A DNA stretch of 64,000 nt from the NCBI GenBank assembly GCA_965602015.1, contig OZ271918.1:2528001-2592000 (forward strand). Direction: 5' to 3'. The position numbers and the translations under genes are program-made. Origin of the DNA: Salinispira sp. Lineage in GTDB: Bacteria; Spirochaetota; Spirochaetia; DSM-27196; Salinispiraceae. Below the pieces are notes generated by a model that did no database searches, had not been told where the DNA came from, and saw only the letters and a list, made by a program, of their open reading frames with translations. Of the stretch, positions 10,410-19,975 are shown piece by piece (positions within the stretch are counted from its first letter, which is position 1; the number at the start of each line of letters is the position of its first letter).

Positions 10410-12110
10410 TTATTCATCCAGGCGGTATTCGGCGATAATCGCCGAGAGCCGGCTTGATTGCAGGGCCAGCTCCTGGGACGCCGCGGCGCTTTGCTCGGCG
10501 CTTGCGGTATTCGATTGGGTGGTGCTGTCGATCTGATCGAGTCCTACGGATATCTGGGAAATGCCGTCTGCCTGTTCCCTGCTTGATGCGGTGATTTCCG
10601 ACAAAAAGGCCGATATTTTGCCGATTGAGCCGGCGATTTCGTTGAGCCGCGATTCGGTTTCCGCTGAAGCTTCATTTCCCTTTTTTATCGAACCTACCGC
10701 CTTTGCCACCATATCGCCGGTGGTGTTAACCGCCTCGGCGCTGCGGTTAGCCAAATTCCGCACCTCATCAGCTACGACCGCAAACCCTTTTCCGTATTTC
10801 CCCGCCCGGGCGGCTTCCACATTGGCGTTTAGGGCCAGCAGGTTTATTTGAAAGGCGATGTCATCAATGAGCTTAACCACGGTCTTTATCTCTTCTGCTG
10901 AGGCGTTTATTTCGGTCATCAGGCTGCGCAGGGACTTCATCTGGTCCAAACCCCGCTCTACCAGGGTATTCGTCTGGTCAATTAATCCGCTTGCCTTGCC
11001 GGAGGACTCGGCGTTGGTGCGGGCCTGGGCGCTGATTTCGGTGGTGGCGCTTGAAATCTGTTCGAGGCTGGCGGCCTGCTCGGTGGCGCCTTCGCTGAGG
11101 GTCTGACTGGCTATGCTCACCTGCTCTGCCCCGGAATGCACATTGCGGGAGGCTTCGCCGGCAACCCGGATGAGATGTTTTAGTCCTTCCAGCATGTTCT
11201 CGAAGGATTTTCCCAGTTCATCTTTGTCGGAGCTGAGGCTGAGGCTGACATCGAGGTTTTTATCGCTAATTTGCCTGGCGAGGGTGGATTTTTCAGCCTG
11301 GTACTCGAGCAGCCGTGAGAATGCAGCGGATATGGAACCGATTTCATCGCGCCTTCGCTCCAGCCGGCTCAATGCGCTCTTTTCGCTGTCGCTCAGGATA
11401 ATATCCCCCATTGATAAGCGCAGCGCATGTTCCCGAAGGCTGTTGATTGGCCGCGAAAGGGAACGAGAGAAGCCGATTGCAATGATAAATGCCAGCACAG
11501 CCAGACCAAGCCCGCTGAGTACCTGGAGAATGATATTGCTGTTCGCCGAATCATCGATTATCTGGAAGATTTCATCTTCGGGAATGCCAAGGTAGAGAAT
11601 GCCTATAACCGATCCCCGCGCATCAAAGATAGGATCATACACCGTCAGGTAGGGGATGCCGAGAATGTACGCCTCGCCGTAAAAGGTTTCGCCCCTGTCC
11701 ACCGTCGAAAACGCCGCCGAATCGGTTCCCAGCATGGTGCCAACCGCCCGGCTGCCGTCGGCGACACGGATATTGGTGGTTGAACGGATGAAGTCCCTGC
11801 CGTTTCGGGCAAAAATGGTCGCGGTAATTCGGTAATCATCGAGGATTTGATCGACGAAATCGTGTTCGTTGCCGATGCGCTCCCCGCGTTCATCCACCAA
11901 TGCCCCATCAATCAGGCTGACCTGACCGAAAACCCGGAAAAATTCTCCCCGCAGAGAGTGAATATCACCCTCGAGTTTCCAATTGAGGGCGATGTGTGTC
12001 ACTTCCCTTCCGGTGGCGCGGATTCCGTTTCCGGCAATAAGCAATTGAATGCCTATGAGGGTGCTGACAATTAGGGCAATAAACAGAATGATTTTTCCGC
12101 TGATTTTCAT
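10410..12110 (-). CDS. Methyl-accepting chemotaxis protein (Cache-type sensor, HAMP)
   Basis: 2 TMs, ATIFAR..DFIR..TN..G.RAVGT Cache motif, IAFQINLLALNANVEAARAG..GFAVVADEVR. Confidence 0.95.
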   Translation of the reverse strand: MKISGKIILFIALIVSTLIGIQLLIAGNGIRATGREVTHIALNWKLEGDIHSLRGEFFRVFGQVSLIDGALVDERGERIGNEHDFVDQILDDYRITATIFARNGRDFIRSTTNIRVADGSRAVGTMLGTDSAAFSTVDRGETFYGEAYILGIPYLTVYDPIFDARGSVIGILYLGIPEDEIFQIIDDSANSNIILQVLSGLGLAVLAFIIAIGFSRSLSRPINSLREHALRLSMGDIILSDSEKSALSRLERRRDEIGSISAAFSRLLEYQAEKSTLARQISDKNLDVSLSLSSDKDELGKSFENMLEGLKHLIRVAGEASRNVHSGAEQVSIASQTLSEGATEQAASLEQISSATTEISAQARTNAESSGKASGLIDQTNTLVERGLDQMKSLRSLMTEINASAEEIKTVVKLIDDIAFQINLLALNANVEAARAGKYGKGFAVVADEVRNLANRSAEAVNTTGDMVAKAVGSIKKGNEASAETESRLNEIAGSIGKISAFLSEITASSREQADGISQISVGLDQIDSTTQSNTASAEQSAAASQELALQSSRLSAIIAEYRLDE

Positions 12111-12318
12111 GATGGACTACCTCCGGACCTGATTCGTTTATAAAAACGGAATGAGAGGCGACATTGCCCCCATTCGCGGATTGACTCGGAAAGCAGTATG
12201 ACAATGCGGGTACACTGGTGCTTGTTCAAAATAATAGTATATCTATAAGGTATTTACAAATCTTCACCGTTATTCGTACAAGGCAAAGCAGGATGCGAAA
12301 AGTTCCGGTATAGGAAAT

Positions 12319-12996
12319 ATGAACAGCAATTATACTCCGGCCCCGCCCTCGGCCAATGATCGCCCGCGGGAAAAAGCCGGCAGGTCCGGTATTGAATCAT
12401 TGAATGATACTGAGCTGCTTGCCCTTCTCATCGGTTCGGGTAACCGCTCGGCCAGCGTGTACCAACTGGCCGAGTCCGCCAGGCTCATTTTAGAAGACCA
12501 CGTCTCCTCGCCGGATGAGGCGAGAAAACCGCTGGAAAACCTCAGGGGCATGGGTGGGGCGAAATCATTAATGCTGAGCGCGGCGATGGAGCTGGGCCGC
12601 AGGCATTACACCGTGCGGGGTGCCCGGAAAATTTCCGGGCCGGAGGACGCCTACGAGGTTCTCAAACACTACGGCGACCGCAGCCAGGAGCACTTTTTTG
12701 TGTTATGCCTGAACGGCGCTCACCAGCTTACCCGGAGCGAACTGGTCACAATGGGTCTTCTCAACCGTTCCATGGTGCACCCGAGGGAGGTTTTCGCTCC
12801 GGCAATTGAAGCCCGCTCTGCGTCCATCATCATTGCCCACAACCATCCAAGCGGCAATCTTGAACCCAGCGATGAAGACCGGGCCGTCACCCGTCGCATC
12901 GCCGAGGCCGGCGAACTTTTGGGCATAGGGCTTCTTGACCACATCGTCTTCGGCGCCGACGGCTGGGTTAGCATGCGGGAGCTGGGACAGCTGTAG
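12319..12996 (+). CDS. radC: RadC-family JAB domain protein
   Basis: RPREK, ELLALLIGSG, VHPREVF, AHNHPSG..PS.ED, LLDH. Confidence 0.93.
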   Translation: MNSNYTPAPPSANDRPREKAGRSGIESLNDTELLALLIGSGNRSASVYQLAESARLILEDHVSSPDEARKPLENLRGMGGAKSLMLSAAMELGRRHYTVRGARKISGPEDAYEVLKHYGDRSQEHFFVLCLNGAHQLTRSELVTMGLLNRSMVHPREVFAPAIEARSASIIIAHNHPSGNLEPSDEDRAVTRRIAEAGELLGIGLLDHIVFGADGWVSMRELGQL

Positions 12997-13060
12997 AATC
13001 CATTGCCAGGCCAATAAAATCCGTATACCCTCTGTTCACGTCGATTATGAAGAGGTGAGC

Positions 13061-13579
13061 ATGACGCGTGAACCCGGCGGCAAGGCCGATGGACAATCAG
13101 ATTCAAAACCCGCGAGCATAAAAATTTCTCCCATGACTCTCAATGACATACAGTGGGCTTTCGATCTGGGAGAACGGGTGTTCACCGCGGACCGTTGGGT
13201 CAACCTCTACCGGACCTGGGAAGAATACGAACTGCTTTCCGCGTACCTGGAGGACGTAGAGTACTGTCTGGTGGCGAAAATCAGGAGAAAACCCGTCGGT
13301 TTTGTCCTGGGGACGACTATCGATAAAAAAGGAAGCCGTTGGAAGTACGGCCACCTGCTCTGGCTCGCCGTCGAACCCGAGCATATGGGAAGGGGCATCG
13401 CCGGAAAGCTCGTCGAACAGCTCACCGAGCGGTTTTACGAGAACGGCATAAACATCATGATGGTGGACACGGAAAAAACCAACACCAAGGCCGTCTCGTT
13501 CTTCACAAAAAACGGCTTCGCGAAGCAGGAACAGCACGTCTACATGTTCAAAAACATAAAAAAAACCGACAGAAGATAA
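13061..13579 (+). CDS. GNAT acetyltransferase
   Basis: RBS GAGGTG before ATG 13061; motif A (LAVEPEHMGRGIA) and N..A..FF.KNGF. Confidence 0.88.
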   Translation: MTREPGGKADGQSDSKPASIKISPMTLNDIQWAFDLGERVFTADRWVNLYRTWEEYELLSAYLEDVEYCLVAKIRRKPVGFVLGTTIDKKGSRWKYGHLLWLAVEPEHMGRGIAGKLVEQLTERFYENGINIMMVDTEKTNTKAVSFFTKNGFAKQEQHVYMFKNIKKTDRR

Positions 13580-13580
13580 G

Positions 13581-13648
13581 TCCCTGCCGGCCAGCTGCGG
13601 AAGGAGATCTCCCTGCCGGCCAGCGGCGCAAGCCGATCTCCTTGCCGG
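13581..13648. repeat. Intergenic 29-bp tandem repeat, ~2.3 units
   Basis: Units at 13581 and 13610 are 25/29 identical (TCCCTGCCGGCCAGC...GATC); partial third unit at 13639. Confidence 0.75.
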
Positions 13649-13726
13649 TAGATCCATCGCGGCGGCAAATACGATCCATGGCGCTTCCACTTCTTTGGCT
13701 CGGCGCTTTCTGCTACTATGGAATCC

Positions 13727-14563
13727 ATGGCCGCGCTTTTCGCCCTCATGTCAGCTCTATCATTCGGAACCGCCGATTTCCTCGGGGGATACTCCTCCCG
13801 AAGAAACGCCACCACTGCAACGGTCGCCTGGTCGCAGGCTGCGGGACTGGCGGCGGTGCTGATAGTCGCGCCGATAATCGGTGCGGAAAATGTCCGGGCT
13901 GGAGACCTCATTTGGGGCGCCCTGTCAGGGGTATCCGGAGCATTGGGGGTAATGGTACTGTTCAAGGGGCTATCCACCGGCTTGGCTGCGGTGGTTTCTC
14001 CTCTGGCTGCCCTGGTGGGAGCGGCGGTACCCGTGCTTTTCGGAGTAATCTGGGGAGAGCGGCCGCCTCTGCTGACCTGGGGCGGCGTAGCCCTGAGCCT
14101 GCCGGCCATCGCCCTCCTGTCCATGGAACCGGTAAAAACCCGGAAGCAGGTACTGCCGTCGGTGGAACTGGGCCTTGTGTCCGGGCTATTGTTCGGTGGC
14201 TTTTTTATTCTTATATCCCAAAGCTCCGGCGAGTCGGGAATGTGGCCGCTGGCTTCAGCCCGAATAACCACAGTCCCCCTGTTTCTCGTCATTACCCGCA
14301 TTCGCCGCTCTCCCATTGCACTTGCTCCGGGTAGCAGGAGAATTACCATACTCAGCGGAGTTCTCGACATGGCGGCGAATGTATTTTACCTCCTGGCTTT
14401 CCGCAGCGGATATCTGATTTATGCGGTAGTTCTCTCCGCCTTGTATCCCGCACCCACCGTGGTGCTTCAACGGGTTTTTATACAGGAACGGCTTTCCCCG
14501 CCGCGTATTTTCGGCATGGCGCTGGCAATCGCCGGGGCAGTGCTAATAGGCATCGGCGGCTGA
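13727..14563 (+). CDS. EamA/DMT family transporter
   Basis: ~10 TMs, GTADFLGG, VVSPLAA, LSALYP, ERLS motifs; start taken 7 nt after TGcTACTAT (alternative 13718). Confidence 0.85.
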   Translation: MAALFALMSALSFGTADFLGGYSSRRNATTATVAWSQAAGLAAVLIVAPIIGAENVRAGDLIWGALSGVSGALGVMVLFKGLSTGLAAVVSPLAALVGAAVPVLFGVIWGERPPLLTWGGVALSLPAIALLSMEPVKTRKQVLPSVELGLVSGLLFGGFFILISQSSGESGMWPLASARITTVPLFLVITRIRRSPIALAPGSRRITILSGVLDMAANVFYLLAFRSGYLIYAVVLSALYPAPTVVLQRVFIQERLSPPRIFGMALAIAGAVLIGIGG

Positions 14564-14582
14564 TACCGTTCGGGGAGGACAG

Positions 14583-15521
14583 ATGATTTTCTCACACAGA
14601 AACTATGAATACGGCGAAAATTTCGGCGGTGATTACCGCGCCGTACGGAATTTCCTTGTGGCGGTCAACGAACCTGCCCTGCGGGAGTACGACTTCGAGT
14701 GGGGCCGGTGGGAATGGGCCCACTGCCTGCAAAATTTCAACAAGGAACGATCGGCTGACATCGGGTTGTGGACCCGTGGAGGTCGGATAGTTGCCGCCAG
14801 CCTGTTTGAAATCGGTCCCGGGCCGGTGTATCCGGTCATTGATCCGGTTTTTGAAAATGATCCGGATTTGCTGGACCTGATTTTTGAACACGCACAGACA
14901 AGATTGACTGATGACCGGGGAGAGGTAAAAATCCTCATAAAAAACCGCCTCCGCGGCATGCAAAAGGCCGGCCGCGTCCGCGGATTCGTCCCGAATTCGG
15001 AGTACGAAGAAAACTCCATCCTGGATATGGAAGCCACCGCGCCGGCCTACCGACTGGAAGAGGGGTTTCGCATCCGCAGTCTGAGCGAGGGTTTTGATAT
15101 TCTTCAATACAACCGGGTTCTCTGGAAGGGATTCGAACATGATGGCCCGGCGCCGGAGGATCCCGCATCGCTTGAGCAGCGGCGGCGGCAAATCAGCTCC
15201 CCGAACTGCGACCCGGATTTAAAGATCGCCGTGGAATCCCCCGAAGGAGAGTATGTGGCCTATTGCGGTTCCTGGTATGACCGGTCAAACAACTACCTGC
15301 TCATTGAACCGGTGGCCACGGTTCCGGAATACCGGCGGCGGGGATTCGCTGCGGCGGCAGTTCTGGAGGCCGCTATACGAGGCCGGGAAAAAGGCGCAAC
15401 CTGCGCCATAGTCGGTTCGGCCCAGCAGTTTTACTACTCCATCGGCTTTGATCCCCTGCCGCAGGCGACATTCTGGAGCTGGAAAGCCCCGTCCCCCCGG
15501 CGGATATCCGCTAATCCATGA
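14583..15521 (+). CDS. GNAT acetyltransferase (two-domain)
   Basis: RBS GGAGG; EPVATVPEYRRRGFA and FYYSIGF motifs. Confidence 0.85.
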   Translation: MIFSHRNYEYGENFGGDYRAVRNFLVAVNEPALREYDFEWGRWEWAHCLQNFNKERSADIGLWTRGGRIVAASLFEIGPGPVYPVIDPVFENDPDLLDLIFEHAQTRLTDDRGEVKILIKNRLRGMQKAGRVRGFVPNSEYEENSILDMEATAPAYRLEEGFRIRSLSEGFDILQYNRVLWKGFEHDGPAPEDPASLEQRRRQISSPNCDPDLKIAVESPEGEYVAYCGSWYDRSNNYLLIEPVATVPEYRRRGFAAAAVLEAAIRGREKGATCAIVGSAQQFYYSIGFDPLPQATFWSWKAPSPRRISANP

Positions 15522-17367
15522 ATTCCTCGAGGATGACGGCGCTGAAATCTTTGAACATTTTTTCGTCCGACTCCCGATTATCCGCCAGTACCCGGTCTCC
15601 ATCGACCACCGATATGTCGGCATGCAAGGGATATTCCCGGGGGGCCGGACGGGAGGAAAGATCCTCAATTTTTGCTTTCTGAATCTCCCAGGCCTCTTCC
15701 ACGCTCATGGTACAGACCTCCGCAAGATACCGGGCGCTGAATCCCTCTCCGGTGAAGCTGCGGAGGGTTTCGTCATGGGTCTTGCTGTTGCCCGGGTGCC
15801 AGTAATGCTTTGCCAACAGGGGCCCGACCTTCGGATTGTCGCAGATGTAGTGGTGATTCTTAACAAACCAGGCCCTGGTCTGATACACCGCCATGTGGGC
15901 CAACAGATAGCCCTGGTATGAGCATGCCGACTCGTTGTCCAGCAAATGAGGGATGGCGAGCAGGGGGCGGGGGCTGACCTCAAGACCGAGGATGCGTTTT
16001 TCCGTCTCTCTGGCCAGGGCGATGACCATATCGGGGGTAAGATCCTCTTCAGACAGGGCGTACAGCGCCCGTTCAAAATAGGGAACAACCAAAATTGAAC
16101 GCTCGGTAAATGCCCGGTACGGCTGGGAGCTCTCAATGAACTGACGAATGAGCTCACCGGGAATGCTTTGGCCGTTGAGATTCTGTGCGTAGAGGGTCAG
16201 CCAGTCGGCGTCTTCGAGAATCGAGTCGCAGAACATCGATTGGGTTTCTGCATAGGCCATGGAGGTCGGGGCGAACTCCTGGGAGAAGCAGGGGGAGTTC
16301 ATTTTTACATTCGCGAAGTGGGCCGCATGGCCTCCCTCGTGAAAAAACGTGTTAAGGCCACGGTATCCGCTGCCCACCTGGGAGGGCCGGGCGTTGGATG
16401 TGAAGTTGATTTTCCCCGGCACCCATTTTCCGTTGTCGTAGAACGCGGGTATCGGACCGTGGCAGAATCCGTTCTGATACTTGCCCTTCCTGTCCAACAG
16501 GTCCAGGGTTAACTCGGCTCCGGAATAATCGATGTTCAAGCGGGAGAACGACCGGACCCAGCGCTCAAGGGATTGGGAAAACGGAAAGTAGGGGTCCATC
16601 TGACGTTGAACGTCGCCGGAAATAAAATAGGAAAAATTATGAGCGAGAATCGCCGCATCGCCCCTGGCCTTTTGAAGCTCAGCAATGCCCGCCTGATTGC
16701 GCTCGCGGGTGCGCTCTTCAAAATCGTCGAGGATGATAAACAGCTGATCGGCGCTCATGTGTTCGGTTTTTTGCACCTTGTAGGCGAAGTAATTATCGTA
16801 ACCCTGACTTTTGGCAAACTGGTTTCGCAGCTTCACCATGTCAAGAAAGCCGTTATCACACACCCAGGCTTCCAGTTTGAGCAGGGCGTCGTGGGCGCTC
16901 TTGCGTTCACTCTCGGACTCGGCGGTGCGGATGGCGGTAAGAAGACTGGGAAGGCTTCCGGACTGCTCCCGCCCCTGACCGTCAATCCAGCTCATCGCGT
17001 AATGACCCCGCTCTTCGAAGAGGGCCGCGGCGCCGTCGATACACTGTTGCCAAAGCCCGGCAGATTCCGCCGAATCGATGACATTTGAGGAAAACAAGGC
17101 GCGCCAGCCCTCCAGGCCACGACGGATATCCTCAAGCTCTGCATCCCCGTTTACTCCCTCCAGGTCCGCTAAAGCTTCCCGGACCGTATCAAGACGGGCG
17201 GAATCAGAAATGTATGCGTTCCACCGGGCCTCGGCTCGGGCAAAATCCTCGCGGGTGCCCCCGGTTCCCATATACACCGACCAGAACAGGTCTTCTTTTT
17301 TTACGTGAACTTCCAGATACTCATGGTTCAGCCGGGACAACAGGTCTCGAGCGGATTCAGTGGTCAT
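15511..17367 (-). CDS. M3-family metallo-oligopeptidase
   Basis: RKGKYQNGFCH, HEGGHAAH (HExxH), AETQSMF; RBS AAGGAG. Confidence 0.88.
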   Translation of the reverse strand: MTTESARDLLSRLNHEYLEVHVKKEDLFWSVYMGTGGTREDFARAEARWNAYISDSARLDTVREALADLEGVNGDAELEDIRRGLEGWRALFSSNVIDSAESAGLWQQCIDGAAALFEERGHYAMSWIDGQGREQSGSLPSLLTAIRTAESESERKSAHDALLKLEAWVCDNGFLDMVKLRNQFAKSQGYDNYFAYKVQKTEHMSADQLFIILDDFEERTRERNQAGIAELQKARGDAAILAHNFSYFISGDVQRQMDPYFPFSQSLERWVRSFSRLNIDYSGAELTLDLLDRKGKYQNGFCHGPIPAFYDNGKWVPGKINFTSNARPSQVGSGYRGLNTFFHEGGHAAHFANVKMNSPCFSQEFAPTSMAYAETQSMFCDSILEDADWLTLYAQNLNGQSIPGELIRQFIESSQPYRAFTERSILVVPYFERALYALSEEDLTPDMVIALARETEKRILGLEVSPRPLLAIPHLLDNESACSYQGYLLAHMAVYQTRAWFVKNHHYICDNPKVGPLLAKHYWHPGNSKTHDETLRSFTGEGFSARYLAEVCTMSVEEAWEIQKAKIEDLSSRPAPREYPLHADISVVDGDRVLADNRESDEKMFKDFSAVILEEFMD

Positions 17368-17426
17368 TGTTTCTCCTTGGTTTTGTGCCTCAGGTTATCG
17401 GTTTGGGCAGACGGCAGCTTATCAGG

Positions 17427-18578
17427 TCACCGGGCCTTCAGCAGTTTTCGATTATACAGCAGAACCGGCAGACTCACAGCGGTAAATCCCGCCATAAGGA
17501 GGAAAACCGCAGTCAGAGAAATACCGGAAAGAATGCCGCCGATGTTTGCGGCAAAAAAGATGCCCAGATTAAAGACAAACTGAAATAGCAGGGCCATTCT
17601 CCCCCGGAATCCCTCGCCGGCCCGGTTTATCAGTTCCGCCTGGATTACCGGAAAGAGCACGCCGTGGGCAGTGCCGTAGGCAATTCCCGCAGCCACCAGG
17701 CCAAAAGACCCCTGCAGACCGGCGATTATTAACAGGGCGGTGGGAATCATGGCCAGGGGGACAGTTAACAGCAGCACCGGCGGCACCCGATTAAACCAGT
17801 GGCTGGCTATGAGCCTGAGCCCGATGACCGCCGCGGGATAGGCGATGTAATACGGCTTCACCACGGCAATTCCCCTGCCGAGAACCAGATCGGGCAGGAA
17901 ACTCAAGGTGGTGCCGAAACCGGTACCAAGAATAAGCCCGAGAAACAACAGAAGCAGAACCGAAGGATTTTTGCCAAGAATTGCGAAATCCTTTACTCCT
18001 CCGCTTCCTGCGTGGTTTTCCGGCGGATCTTCGGGGAACAAAAATGCCGCCAGAGAGCCGAGGGACAGGAAAACCGATGCCAGCAAAAACAGCGAACCGA
18101 AGCCCCGGGCGTCGAACACGAGCTCGCTGAAGGCGACACCGGCCATGGCTCCAAGTTGACCGAGGACGCCGATGAGGGCATAGCCCCGGGAGCGGTCCTT
18201 GGCGGGAAGAATATGGCTGGCGGCGGTCACCGTGCTGGTCATTGCCAGAGTCATTACCGCGCCCTGCATCATTCTGGGAAGAGCGAAGAACCTCGGATCA
18301 GCCGGCTGGGCAAAATAGGCCAGGGAAGCCAGCAGGTACAGAAGCCAGCCCCCTCCGATAAAGTACTTTTGCCGGTATTTGTCCATCACCAGGGCGAGCA
18401 GGGGAAGAAAGAGCATGCCGCCCAGCCCGGTGAAACTCATTACGAATCCCGACACCCCGGGACTGATTCCGATGAGGGAAAAATGCTTGGGAAGCAGAGT
18501 GAAGCTCTCGTGTCCCGCCACGCCGGCGAACAGGGCAATAAGGAGAAAAACCGAGCCCCTGCGGAAATGCTGTCTCAG
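17427..18578 (-). CDS. MFS transporter (probable CTG start overlapping the cyclase stop)
   Basis: ~12 TMs, motif-A-like MDKYRQK; frame extends open to CTG at 18578 with GGAGG 7 nt upstream. Confidence 0.8.
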   Translation of the reverse strand: MRQHFRRGSVFLLIALFAGVAGHESFTLLPKHFSLIGISPGVSGFVMSFTGLGGMLFLPLLALVMDKYRQKYFIGGGWLLYLLASLAYFAQPADPRFFALPRMMQGAVMTLAMTSTVTAASHILPAKDRSRGYALIGVLGQLGAMAGVAFSELVFDARGFGSLFLLASVFLSLGSLAAFLFPEDPPENHAGSGGVKDFAILGKNPSVLLLLFLGLILGTGFGTTLSFLPDLVLGRGIAVVKPYYIAYPAAVIGLRLIASHWFNRVPPVLLLTVPLAMIPTALLIIAGLQGSFGLVAAGIAYGTAHGVLFPVIQAELINRAGEGFRGRMALLFQFVFNLGIFFAANIGGILSGISLTAVFLLMAGFTAVSLPVLLYNRKLLKAR

Positions 18579-19975
18579 AGCGGCGCCTCCGGCGGAAGCA
18601 GGGAGGGAAACTCGTAATACAGCACCCCTTCTTCGCTGAAATTCTGTTGTACCCAGTTCCTGCCCGAAAGCCGGTCCAGTTCCTTCTGGGCCTCATCCAT
18701 CGAAAAGCCCGTGCAATGGGCGAGCTGGACCACCGTGAGCCGGCCGCCGTTTTCCCTGGCGCACTCAAGGGTTTTCTTTTCGATTTCTTCAAGGCGTTTT
18801 TTCCGTCGGCGGCTTTGCTTGGCGAAGGCCTTTATCAATTCGCCGCTGCCGATCAACAGGGGCAGGACGCCCATGGCAAAAAAGAGGAACCAGAACCAGC
18901 CCGAGCCGTTCAAAACAATGCCGATCTGAAACCCGATTGTGGAAATCAGCCCAAAAAGCACCGTTGGCAGCTTGTCGACGGGGCTGGCGTCGTCGGCGGT
19001 GGACGAGCCGTCACCGGCGATGTGAATCGGGGAGCCTCCCAGATTTATCGAGACGGACTTGTCGTCGCCGGATTTTTTAATGGATAGGGTCCCGTCGGCC
19101 AGCCGGTCCTGAACCTGGCCCGACAGCGAACTGCGGATTTTCCCTTTAATTTTCCTGGCCAGCGGACTGTCGTCGGGATCCTCTTCCAGATCCACATACC
19201 AGTCCTCCTTTCGGATTTCGTCAAGAACCTCGGTTTTTACTTCCTTTGGAGTATTATCCCAGGCGCCAAGGGCGACTTCGATGGTTTTTTCAACAAAATT
19301 CCCGATGCGCTCTTCCAGCCGGCTGCCGAAATCGTCTCCGTCATCGGCCTCCGAAGTTCCGGCGTCGTAGGTTGTTGCCGGCTTTTCCGCCGGAACGGCG
19401 TCCCGGGGCGATGGGGCGGCGGGAGCTGAGGAATCTGAAACACGGTCGCCCTGAGCCAGCTCGCGACCGGTAATGAGGTGGAAAATTCTCATTTCCCTGC
19501 TGATGTTTTTCAGACTGGGGCTGGGAATCTCCTCGACGCGGATTACTTCCTTGTTTTTCACCTGATAATACACATCCTCGGAAATGCAGATTCCCCCGGG
19601 GCGCGCCAGGTTTTGAATTCGCGATGCGATGTTCACCCCGTTGCCGTATATCCGGTCGCCCTCCACCCAAATGTCGCCCATATGGATGCCGATCCGCAGA
19701 TAAAAACTGTTGTCTTCCGCCTTCTCATTGCGGGCCGCAACGGCATTCTGAATGTTCAAGCCGCAGCTCACCGCCGACAGCACTGAATCAAAGGTGACCA
19801 AAAGACCATCGCCGATGGAATCGATAACCGTGCCGGTGAAGTTGGCTATCAGAGGCAGGATGATCTGGTTGTGCTCGTCCAGCAGATCGATGGTACCCTT
19901 CTCGTCCCGCTCCATTTTCTCGGAGAATCCGGCAATATCGGTGAACATCACCGCGGCCAGTCTGGTTTCCTTCAT
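18575..19975 (-). CDS. Class III nucleotidyl cyclase with two TMs and C-terminal winged-helix-like domain
   Basis: MFTDIAGF, SIGDG, RIGIHMGD, GVNIASR catalytic motifs; TM pair; GGRLT...YYEF tail. Confidence 0.88.
   Translation of the reverse strand: MKETRLAAVMFTDIAGFSEKMERDEKGTIDLLDEHNQIILPLIANFTGTVIDSIGDGLLVTFDSVLSAVSCGLNIQNAVAARNEKAEDNSFYLRIGIHMGDIWVEGDRIYGNGVNIASRIQNLARPGGICISEDVYYQVKNKEVIRVEEIPSPSLKNISREMRIFHLITGRELAQGDRVSDSSAPAAPSPRDAVPAEKPATTYDAGTSEADDGDDFGSRLEERIGNFVEKTIEVALGAWDNTPKEVKTEVLDEIRKEDWYVDLEEDPDDSPLARKIKGKIRSSLSGQVQDRLADGTLSIKKSGDDKSVSINLGGSPIHIAGDGSSTADDASPVDKLPTVLFGLISTIGFQIGIVLNGSGWFWFLFFAMGVLPLLIGSGELIKAFAKQSRRRKKRLEEIEKKTLECARENGGRLTVVQLAHCTGFSMDEAQKELDRLSGRNWVQQNFSEEGVLYYEFPSLLPPEAPL

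Noticed and set aside
12280..12315. GGCAAA...GATGCGAAAAG resembling a c-di-GMP-I riboswitch
   Set aside because: The P2 stem/GNRA loop and closing P1 are missing
12319..12996. radC as a marker of a mobile or defence island
   Set aside because: Full-length chromosomal-type RadC among ordinary genes; no mobility genes adjacent
13581..13648. Possible mini-CRISPR
   Set aside because: Repeats are head-to-tail with no spacers, and there are no cas genes in the window
18575..19975. Cyclase as a Pycsar anti-phage system
   Set aside because: No adjacent cyclic-nucleotide-binding effector gene and no defence-island context
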